DNA of 43,256 bases from a virus. Its lineage: Duplodnaviria; Caudoviricetes. A program made the translations under genes and the position numbers. Shown here in pieces: positions 36,406-43,256 of this stretch. The stretch is taken from positions 1-43,256 of IMG/VR virus record IMGVR_UViG_3300037484_000800. One strand, written 5' to 3'. Numbering within the stretch: the stretch's first letter is position 1; each line of letters begins with the position of its first letter. The notes under the pieces are model-generated. The model ran no database searches. It saw only the letters and a list, made by a program, of their open reading frames with translations, and was not told where the DNA came from.

Positions 36406-36496
36406 CCTGCCCAGTCATGCAGGCGGAAAGGAAGAATATGAACTTAATAAAATCTAATAAACCTGGCAAGCCTGCCCAGTCATGCAGGCGGAAAGG
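36406..36496 (+). repeat. 26-bp direct repeat x2 containing a hairpin and SD-like tail
   Basis: CCTGCCCAGTCATGCAGGCGGAAAGG at 36406 and 36471. Confidence 0.9.
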
Positions 36497-36508
36497 GAAG
36501 GAAAAAAT

Positions 36509-36934
36509 ATGGCTAAAACAGACAATATCTTTTTTAGGGTAACGCCTACCCTAATAGAACAGCTTGAGGAACACTACGAGTCTGCCGGTTTGGCCGCAAG
36601 TAAAATAACAAAGGCCTTACCTTATTTGCGGTCTAGAACACTAGAGGAACTCAAAAGTAAATTTACCAAGCCAGAAATCATGTTTATTATTATAACATTA
36701 GCCGGAAAATCGATTGACCCCCAATTTATTACGGATAAAGAGTCAGTCAAACGGCTTATGATTGACGCTCACACAATGAACAAGAAAGAACAGCAATTAG
36801 TTAACCTTAATATGCTTCTTGAGGCCTTATCCGAATTAAGCGCAGCGCAGCTGTACTTTTTGTTTGACTTTTGCTCACAATACTACAAGGAGCCGGGAAC
36901 TAACTTACAGGAATATGCCAGCCAGTTAATTTAA
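36509..36934 (+). CDS. Putative ribbon-helix-helix-like DNA-binding protein
   Basis: N-terminal NIFFRVTPTLIEQL; AAGGA SD before ATG 36509. Confidence 0.5.
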   Translation: MAKTDNIFFRVTPTLIEQLEEHYESAGLAASKITKALPYLRSRTLEELKSKFTKPEIMFIIITLAGKSIDPQFITDKESVKRLMIDAHTMNKKEQQLVNLNMLLEALSELSAAQLYFLFDFCSQYYKEPGTNLQEYASQLI

Positions 36935-37512
36935 GAGGCTTCGGCCTCTTTTTTTTCTTCTAGTGCCTTCATAAACATTTCTGTCAATGTAGGCAGCTGC
37001 TCATAGATCAACCCCGGGCATTCCGTATCCCCAAAATCCCGATGACCAGCAATACGGAACTGCATTTCTTTTTCCGCTAAATTACGAGCATGGTCAATAA
37101 ATCCATCAACGATTACCTGCAAGGCTTCCATGGGAAGCTTATTTTTAAAATAGTTTCCACACACTTCGATGCTGATTGCTCGGCAATCTATTTTTCCACC
37201 TCGGTCGCAGCCCCAGGCCACAGAGCCGAACGGGTCATCCATCAGTGTAATTAGTCGCCAACTGTCTTTATACTCATGCAAGGCGAATTGTGCTTGTGCA
37301 TATGTCTGTTTATCTTTACGCGGATGCTTATGGTGGGTATCGTATTCATCGACTTTAATACCTCTTTCCCTACAAAAATTTGCGTAACCCCACCCGCGCC
37401 CACAATCATCAAACCAGTCCTGCACCTCAAGTATGCTTTTATTTTTCAAATCCGGTCCGCAACTATGGTGCAATACCAAAATATCAACTATTTTCCTTGA
37501 TGCTTCAGCCAT
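36931..37512 (-). CDS. N-acetylmuramoyl-L-alanine amidase (Amidase_2) endolysin-like
   Basis: VLHHS, ISIEVCGN and GHRD...TECPG Zn-binding motifs. Confidence 0.85.
   Translation of the reverse strand: MAEASRKIVDILVLHHSCGPDLKNKSILEVQDWFDDCGRGWGYANFCRERGIKVDEYDTHHKHPRKDKQTYAQAQFALHEYKDSWRLITLMDDPFGSVAWGCDRGGKIDCRAISIEVCGNYFKNKLPMEALQVIVDGFIDHARNLAEKEMQFRIAGHRDFGDTECPGLIYEQLPTLTEMFMKALEEKKEAEAS
36933..36956 (+). terminator. Intrinsic terminator
   Basis: AAGAGGC-TTCG-GCCTCTT plus T-tract. Confidence 0.85.
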
Positions 37513-37538
37513 TGACTATCTCCTAACATATGTATAGT

Positions 37539-37568
37539 AGTATACACCACATTAAATTAGCTTGTCAA
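37539..37568 (-). promoter_or_regulatory. Putative promoter of the amidase gene
   Basis: TTGACA-18-TATACT on the - strand. Confidence 0.55.
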
Positions 37569-37719
37569 AAGCATTTACATCAAATTTACATCAAAAGTAT
37601 TGAAAATAGTTTTATATAGGTTTATTAAGCTTTACAATAAAAATGAATAATTCCTTATTTTTGCGGGAATTATGCAAATAGATTATAATACCTTTATGCA
37701 TTTTTATAAGCAGTTACAG

Positions 37720-37762
37720 GCTTCCCAAGCTCGTGCCGAGGGTTCGATTCCCTTCGCTCGCT
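37720..37762 (+). other. attP core: 3' half of tRNA-Gly(CCC)
   Basis: GC-TTCCCAA-GCTCG, GAGGG-TTCGATT-CCCTT T-arm, CGCTCGCT; 5' half absent; next to the integrase. Confidence 0.85.
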
Positions 37763-37796
37763 AATATCTAACTAACTATAATGCAAGAAATTAAAT

Positions 37797-37829
37797 GGCT
37801 ACTCCTCACCGGGTGGCCTTTTTTATTTT
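37797..37829 (+). terminator. Terminator downstream of the reconstituted tRNA
   Basis: GGCTACTC/GGGTGGCC stem plus TTTTTTATTTT. Confidence 0.7.
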
Positions 37830-38017
37830 CTGACTTACACCAAATTTTACATCAAAAAGTATTGCATTTGTTTTTCTATTATGCTAATCTTGTTTAAAGC
37901 TGGTAACTTAGTGTTGGTACTATGGCATAACATAACGGCTAATGTTTGCAGTAATTTGGACGCTTCGACACAACCCGCCGCCAACACGACAACTGCTACC
38001 AGCCTTTTTATGGAAAT

Positions 38018-39133
38018 ATGAGGCATAACTATACACTCTTTAGGCGCAAAGGTTCAAAGATCTGGTATTTTTATTATTATGTAGGAGCAGAAAGAAAATC
38101 AACTTCTACAGGAAAAACTTTAAAGTTTGAAGCGGAAGAATATTCGAAAGAGTTTATTAAGCGATTAAGGGAAGGCGATCAAAAGATTATCACTTTAGGT
38201 GATATCTGTAAGCCCTATTTTACTAATGATTGTCCTAGACAAAAAACCTTGAAACAGAAAAATAAGCCTATGGGCGAAGAACATCGGAAAGCCCAACTCT
38301 CAAGGCTTAAACGCTATATCCTGACTCATCCTATTTGTACGAAAACAAAAGATACCCTTACTCGCGGAGACTTTATAGACTTTATTGATTATATGATTAA
38401 AAAATACACTATATCCACGGCCAATAATGCGGCTAAAGTACTAAAAACAATTTGTAAAGAAGAATTTAACCGGGGAAATCTAAAGGTTGATTTTATGGCA
38501 GGCTTAGGCAATATATCTAAGGAGAAAAAAGAAAAAGGTGTGTTTACCCGGAAAGAAACTGATATTATGTTTCGCGTGAAACCTTCTTTATTTTCAACGG
38601 CCAGAGAACGAATAGTTTTTTTACTTACTTGTGAAACCGGCATGCGTCGGAATGAAGTCTTAGCCATTAAATGGAAAAATATTGATTGGGAAAATCATAT
38701 AATAAATATAGTTGACGCTTGGGAAAACTTCTATCAACGAAGTAATAAAAGACCTAAATGGAACAAAATTCGCCAGACTCCTATGTCCGAAGAAATAGAA
38801 AAAGGATTACGCCTATACTATGAATCGGTTTTAACCTGCCGGCCAGAGGATTATATTATTTGCTGGGATGATAGTTCCCCGGTATCTCCAAGAACCTGGC
38901 AGCGTTGGTTTGAAAACATCTGTAATGAAATGAAAATTGACAGAAAAGTCAGGAACCTAACCGCTCATAGTTTCCGACATACCTGTATTACCCGCTGGAA
39001 ACAAGCCGGTATCCCGCAGGAACTAATTCAACTATGGGCGGGACACAGCGAAGCTAAAACGACGGCTATTTATACCCATTATTCAAATGAGTTTATGGTT
39101 GAACAATTAAGAAATAAGGCCAATACTATTTAA
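38018..39133 (+). CDS. int: Tyrosine recombinase/phage integrase
   Basis: TGMRRNE, HSFRH and AGHS...TAIY catalytic residues. Confidence 0.95.
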   Translation: MRHNYTLFRRKGSKIWYFYYYVGAERKSTSTGKTLKFEAEEYSKEFIKRLREGDQKIITLGDICKPYFTNDCPRQKTLKQKNKPMGEEHRKAQLSRLKRYILTHPICTKTKDTLTRGDFIDFIDYMIKKYTISTANNAAKVLKTICKEEFNRGNLKVDFMAGLGNISKEKKEKGVFTRKETDIMFRVKPSLFSTARERIVFLLTCETGMRRNEVLAIKWKNIDWENHIINIVDAWENFYQRSNKRPKWNKIRQTPMSEEIEKGLRLYYESVLTCRPEDYIICWDDSSPVSPRTWQRWFENICNEMKIDRKVRNLTAHSFRHTCITRWKQAGIPQELIQLWAGHSEAKTTAIYTHYSNEFMVEQLRNKANTI

Positions 39134-39197
39134 AAAACATCTTTACTTTGCAAACCTAATGCCTTATAGTCGAAATTGTAGTATCTTACCCCTTTTA

Positions 39198-39686
39198 TTA
39201 CCCAACATTTTTCTTTTTTTCGTAATCTTCCTCTTTTACTGAACGCCTACCTTGTATATAACTATAGGCCATATCAGTAAATCGTCTAATTTGAGTAGCA
39301 TCCCAAAACTGGACTAACTCTACCAGGTCACGAAGAGCTTGGTTGACTATTACTCTTTCAGCAACTGGGTCAAGCTTTGTAATCGGTGATACCTTTTCTT
39401 TTATTTCCTTCATTTCCCTTTGTAGGGATTCCATAGCTGATTCAGATTTTCCGCCTCTTAATTTTAAATCCGCATCTACTATATTATCTAGTCTACCAAA
39501 CAAAAAGCGGCTATCAATTTCAGTTTTATCTAAAATAGTTTGAATTTCTTCAAGTCCAAGCCCGCCCTCTATTCCTTTTTCTTTTCTTCCATAGCTAGCA
39601 GAGCTTATATTAAACCATTCTGCAATATCTTCTTGAGTTAGATTTCTATATTTTCTTATTGCCTTTAACCTATTAAATACATTCAT
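39198..39686 (-). CDS. XRE-family HTH repressor (CI-like)
   Basis: RLKAIRKYRNLTQEDIA...SYGRKEKG; divergent layout. Confidence 0.85.
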   Translation of the reverse strand: MNVFNRLKAIRKYRNLTQEDIAEWFNISSASYGRKEKGIEGGLGLEEIQTILDKTEIDSRFLFGRLDNIVDADLKLRGGKSESAMESLQREMKEIKEKVSPITKLDPVAERVIVNQALRDLVELVQFWDATQIRRFTDMAYSYIQGRRSVKEEDYEKKKNVG

Positions 39687-39729
39687 TATTTATCTTACAA
39701 AGACTTTATAGCTTAACGTACTTTAAAAC

Positions 39730-39812
39730 TAACGTATTACGTTAATTTTGTCTATAACTTTTTTAAAATATTTTCAAAAATTATTGACAAACTAATTTAA
39801 TGCGTTTATGAT
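39730..39812 (+). promoter_or_regulatory. Switch region: palindromic operator and early promoter
   Basis: TAACGTA-T-TACGTTA at 39730-39744; TTGACA(39784)-17-TATGAT(39807). Confidence 0.7.
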
Positions 39813-39818
39813 TAACCT

Positions 39819-40013
39819 ATGAGTGAACGAAAAAGAAATAATATCAAACGTATACCGTTAAAAGCAGTAGGAATAGAAATCCCTGTTAAAAATCGGTTAG
39901 AAGATTATATCGATAAAAAAAAGAGAAAATATATAAAAATTACAGAAAGTGATTTTGTTTCCAGGGCGGTTACTGAAAAACTTGACCGGGAAGAAAACGA
40001 GGACGAAGCATGA
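39819..40013 (+). CDS. Small DNA-binding protein at the Cro position (RHH-like)
   Basis: Divergent from the repressor; TESDFVSRAVTEKL. Confidence 0.65.
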   Translation: MSERKRNNIKRIPLKAVGIEIPVKNRLEDYIDKKKRKYIKITESDFVSRAVTEKLDREENEDEA

Positions 40014-40177
40014 CAGATTTAGCCCATCTTAAGATTTATGCCGAGGAAAGCATAAAGACTTGTCAAACAGAGCTAAAAGATGGCTGGAAGCCTGAATTTT
40101 TCAGAGGTATGAAAGCCGGCTATGAGATCATTATTAGTCACATAGCCTGGATGGAGAAAGAAAATGCAAAGGACTAG
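40010..40177 (+). CDS. 55-aa hypothetical protein (not in ORF track)
   Basis: ATGA overlap; MTDLAHLKIY...NAKD*. Confidence 0.55.
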   Translation: MTDLAHLKIYAEESIKTCQTELKDGWKPEFFRGMKAGYEIIISHIAWMEKENAKD

Positions 40178-40322
40178 GTTCGGCAACTTTTTTAAAGGGT
40201 TGGCTATTAGGTTGGTTATAAGTATCGGCTTGTGGTTGCTGATTTATAAGACAGTAATGGTCATATTAGGTAAGCAAGAAGGGAAAAAAGATGAAGCAAT
40301 GTGCCCACTGTATGAAGTTTAA
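40164..40322 (+). CDS. 52-aa single-TM protein (not in ORF track)
   Basis: GGAG SD; MQRTRFGNFFKGLAIRLVISIGLWLLIY... Confidence 0.45.
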   Translation: MQRTRFGNFFKGLAIRLVISIGLWLLIYKTVMVILGKQEGKKDEAMCPLYEV

Positions 40323-40683
40323 AAAAGCGGATAACTGTATTCGCTGTTATCAAGCAGAAATGAATCGTTATAAGCACTTAATAAGTGATATTAACGAGGT
40401 TATTACTACAACTGCTTGCATGGATGTTGCCTATAAAATAAAGGCTATATTAGCCAAACAACCGCGAAGGCATTTTACCAAAGACGAACTTACCATCAAA
40501 TGCTGTGTATGCCATGTTATTATCCGCAAAGGGACAAGTCTGGATTCACTTGCTATTAGCCACGGGTATTGTCCGCGGTGTGCGCATGAAGCGGCTAAGG
40601 ATGTAACTATCTCCATAGAAGAACCTGAACCACTTTTAACTATAGGTATAGATAATCAAAAACCTGTGGAGGTAGAGATTTAA
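40291..40683 (+). CDS. Cys-rich Zn-finger hypothetical protein
   Basis: CAHC, CIRC, CCVC and SHGYCPRC motifs. Confidence 0.65.
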   Translation: MKQCAHCMKFKKADNCIRCYQAEMNRYKHLISDINEVITTTACMDVAYKIKAILAKQPRRHFTKDELTIKCCVCHVIIRKGTSLDSLAISHGYCPRCAHEAAKDVTISIEEPEPLLTIGIDNQKPVEVEI

Positions 40684-40952
40684 TGGATAATCGGCGGGAA
40701 ACTTGCGGGACAATGCCGGATGGCGATGTTATCTATACGATTTATGGCCTGGCTAAACTTTTGGCTATATCAAATGTAACAGCCTACAGATATTTAGTAA
40801 AAAAAATTATTCCTTCCGGTAAATTCGGTCGGCAATACCGGATACTTGGCAGTAGTATTCGTGAGTTTTTAAAAGGGCAAAAAGCGCGCTCCCATAGACC
40901 AATGGCTGCTGTGATACCTGACAGCCAGGAGCGCGCTTTCTGCCCTTTTTAA
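40683..40952 (+). CDS. Excisionase-like HTH_17 protein
   Basis: YTIYGLAKLLAIS..TAYRYL...IPSGKFGRQYRI. Confidence 0.75.
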   Translation: MDNRRETCGTMPDGDVIYTIYGLAKLLAISNVTAYRYLVKKIIPSGKFGRQYRILGSSIREFLKGQKARSHRPMAAVIPDSQERAFCPF

Positions 40953-41011
40953 TAATGTTTGTCCTGGCAGGGTTTCCTATTTTTTCTCCTTTACTCTGCC
41001 AGGTTTTAAAT

Positions 41012-41091
41012 GGCCGCATGGTGCAGGTGGATGCATACCGCTATATGTACAAGGGATAGCGGAGACCCTGGTTCAAGTCCGGGTGCGGCCA
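41012..41091 (+). tRNA. tRNA-like gene with enlarged anticodon arm (identity unassignable)
   Basis: GGCCGCA/TGCGGCC acceptor, GTGC/GCAT D-stem, CCTGG-TTCAAGT-CCGGG T-arm; 7-bp stem with 11-nt loop. Confidence 0.75.
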
Positions 41092-41167
41092 ATAAGAGAT
41101 TTTTGCTTTTTCGGTTTCCGTTAATCTCCATCAAAAAAAACGCAAACCGGTAATTAAAAAAAATGTG

Positions 41168-41342
41168 GCTGGTATGACGGAATGAGACGTTAATCAGTTA
41201 AGCGAGAACTTGTCCGGTGTAGCGATACGATGCGGGCATGACTGTCTAAATTAGTATGATAAGGCAGACAGACAAGAAGTAAAACGAGGCGTCATCACAA
41301 CACGCCTATCGCTAACGTGCTGCGGAAATGCAGCTACCAGCA
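41168..41342 (+). ncRNA. Candidate structured RNA with tRNA-like ends
   Basis: GCTGGTA/TACCAGC closing stem, D-arm-like 5' end, GCTGC/GCAGC 3' hairpin, nested internal helices. Confidence 0.5.
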
Positions 41343-41371
41343 TTTTTATTAGAGCAAAGGAGGAAAACTAA

Positions 41372-41566
41372 ATGGAAAACGAAAAAAAACCGATCGACAT
41401 TACTTTGATACGGACACTATTAATCTGGCAGGCTATGCGCGGGAATGAGCGGGCACGTGGAGAAATAACGTTAGGTGATCTTGATGGATTAAGCCATTCA
41501 GACACATTTACGGAATTTATTCAGGAAAATTGGGACGAATTAGTTAGTCGGGGGGAACAGACATGA
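41372..41566 (+). CDS. Hypothetical protein
   Basis: AGGAGG SD. Confidence 0.65.
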   Translation: MENEKKPIDITLIRTLLIWQAMRGNERARGEITLGDLDGLSHSDTFTEFIQENWDELVSRGEQT

Positions 41567-42426
41567 GAAAATACACACCAGCAGAATTAAAAACGATTTT
41601 AGAGATCCACAAAAAATGGCTTAACCATGAACTGGGAAGTTCGCATGCCGACCTGACCAGAGCCGACCTGACCGGCGCCGACCTGACCGGCGCCGACCTG
41701 ACCAGAGCCAACCTGACCGGCGCCGACCTGACCGACGCCTACCTGACCAGAGCCAACCTGACCAGAGCCGACCTGACCGACGCCGACCTGACCGGCGCCG
41801 ACCTGACCAGAGCCAACCTGACCAGAGCCAACCTGACCGGCGCCGACCTGACCGACGCCAACCTGACCAGAGCCAACCTGACCGGCGCCTACCTGACCGA
41901 CGCCGACCTGACCGACGCCGACCTGACCAGAGCCGACCTGACCGACGCCAACCTGACCGGCGCCGACCTGACCGACGCCAACCTGACCAGAGCCAACCTG
42001 ACCGGCGCCTACCTGACCGACGCCAACCTGACCAGAGCCAACCTGACCGACGCCAGAGGATTGGTGAAAACAATGGGTGTAACTCCTGGAAATTACTACT
42101 GGAAAAGATTTGAAAAGGAATTAATTAATAGGGGTTATCAATTTTATGTTGGCATTAACGAATTGAGAAAAAATGAAATATTTGCCGAAAATCCTATCGT
42201 TACATGTTCATATCCTGGTTTTCATTTTGCTAGTAGATCTTGGTGTGCAGTGAATTATCCACATTATCCATATGAGGCGTTAATCCAGATACCGATAGAT
42301 GCAAAAATCAATGAACCATGGGCGACGGACGGAAAAGCCAGTGCTGACAAAATAATCATAATCCAGGTGTTTGATACAGCTAGCGGCGAAGATGTTACAC
42401 AAAATTTTATCAAAAAAAATAACTAA
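41563..42426 (+). CDS. Pentapeptide-repeat protein with C-terminal domain
   Basis: 27 x A[D/N/Y]LT[R/G/D]. Confidence 0.9.
   Translation: MRKYTPAELKTILEIHKKWLNHELGSSHADLTRADLTGADLTGADLTRANLTGADLTDAYLTRANLTRADLTDADLTGADLTRANLTRANLTGADLTDANLTRANLTGAYLTDADLTDADLTRADLTDANLTGADLTDANLTRANLTGAYLTDANLTRANLTDARGLVKTMGVTPGNYYWKRFEKELINRGYQFYVGINELRKNEIFAENPIVTCSYPGFHFASRSWCAVNYPHYPYEALIQIPIDAKINEPWATDGKASADKIIIIQVFDTASGEDVTQNFIKKNN
41647..42051 (+). repeat. 15-bp coding tandem repeat x27
   Basis: GCC-[G/A/T]AC-CTG-ACC-[AGA/GGC/GAC]. Confidence 0.95.
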
Positions 42427-42440
42427 GGGGAGGAAAAGAG

Positions 42441-42734
42441 ATGCTAGGAGTTTATTATCTACACGAAAACGGGAAATTAATTTCTAAACCGGCGGCATGT
42501 TTTGCAAATACATCCGTTGGTGAATACATGGATAGTCCATTTGTTAGAAAATACTGGATTATGCCAAAAAACGCACCAGTACCGGGTTTAGAAGGACAAA
42601 AAAATTGGATGTTAAATTGGCTTCGTGAAGCCTATGAATTAGGAGCTAAGCCGGAAGAGATTAAAAGGATTTGCGATGCAAACGGTTTAGATTGTGAAGC
42701 AATTTTGGAAGAAACAAAGGAGGAAAGAATATGA
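42441..42734 (+). CDS. Hypothetical protein
   Basis: GGAGG SD; YYLHENGKLI. Confidence 0.7.
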   Translation: MLGVYYLHENGKLISKPAACFANTSVGEYMDSPFVRKYWIMPKNAPVPGLEGQKNWMLNWLREAYELGAKPEEIKRICDANGLDCEAILEETKEERI

Positions 42735-43256
42735 ATGAGACTAAAAATATAACACCCTATATGGTTATAGGTGATAACCTTAACGAGGATAATGACGAAA
42801 CTTGGCGAGCGCTACGCCGTCTAGGAATTGGCGGATCAGATGCAGGAGCACTTCTTAACTACAATAAATATAAATCTGCATTAAATGTTTATGCCGAAAA
42901 GCTAAATTTGGTTCCGACTATTGAAGAAAATGACGCTATGAAACACGGGAAGCGCATGGAACCGATATTAAGAAATGAATTTCCATCTATCTACAAAAAA
43001 CGGACCGGTATAGATATTGAAGTGTCGGAAAGCCCCTGGATGTATCAAAGCCGTGAATACTTTTTTATGTTGGCCAATCTGGATGGATTTGTCGACCATC
43101 CAAAACACGGAGTTTGTGGACTGGAAATAAAGACCGCAAGTCCATTTATGGCTAAAGAATGGGACGATGATAATGTCCCTGACAACTACTATGCACAGGT
43201 GCAACACTATATGGCGGTGATGGGATTCCAAAGATTTTTTATTCCGGTACTAATCG
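42731..43256 (+). CDS. YqaJ-like recombinase, 5' part (continues through the join to 686)
   Basis: W...RRLGIGGSDAGALL..NKYKSALNVYAEK motif; open to the window end. Confidence 0.9.
   Translation, partial: MNETKNITPYMVIGDNLNEDNDETWRALRRLGIGGSDAGALLNYNKYKSALNVYAEKLNLVPTIEENDAMKHGKRMEPILRNEFPSIYKKRTGIDIEVSESPWMYQSREYFFMLANLDGFVDHPKHGVCGLEIKTASPFMAKEWDDDNVPDNYYAQVQHYMAVMGFQRFFIPVLI
43032..43256. repeat. Terminal direct repeat, copy 2
   Basis: Matches 1-225 with one mismatch. Confidence 0.95.

Larger units (their letters stand above)
37574..37864. other. attP region with arm-type integrase sites
   Basis: TTTACATCAAA x2 at 37574/37585 and related pair at 37834-37864 flank the tRNA fragment. Confidence 0.75.

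Noticed and set aside
37700-37765. Functional tRNA-Gly gene
   Set aside because: The 5' acceptor and D arm are absent and the anticodon stem is only partly paired; better explained as attP
41621-42073. Arg/Ser/Gly/Trp-repeat ORF on the - strand
   Set aside because: Antisense reading of the pentapeptide repeat

Overview
This window is an apparently complete circular temperate phage genome of about 43,031 bp; positions 43032-43256 repeat 1-225 with one mismatch. The + strand early arm encodes recombination, replication and accessory functions: YqaJ nuclease, AAA/Sak4-like ATPase, replication initiator with iterons, MazG-like protein, methyltransferase, RusA and tRNA-like RNAs. The - strand late arm is podovirus-like (TerS, TerL, portal, scaffold, major capsid, adaptor, nozzle, ejection proteins, beta-helix proteins, holin and spanin-like genes). 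The lysogeny module has attP in a tRNA-Gly(CCC) 3' half, a tyrosine integrase, a divergent repressor switch and an Xis-like gene. The standout locus is 5580-7862. There an FGE-sulfatase/CLec-fold gene of the DGR-target type is split: one scaffold lacks its C-terminal variable region, and seven translationally coupled cassettes each encode a different version of that missing region. The cassettes carry the AAC-to-NNC signature of diversity-generating retroelements, yet I found no reverse transcriptase or template repeat in the genome. All calls come from reading motifs by eye; no database searches were run.
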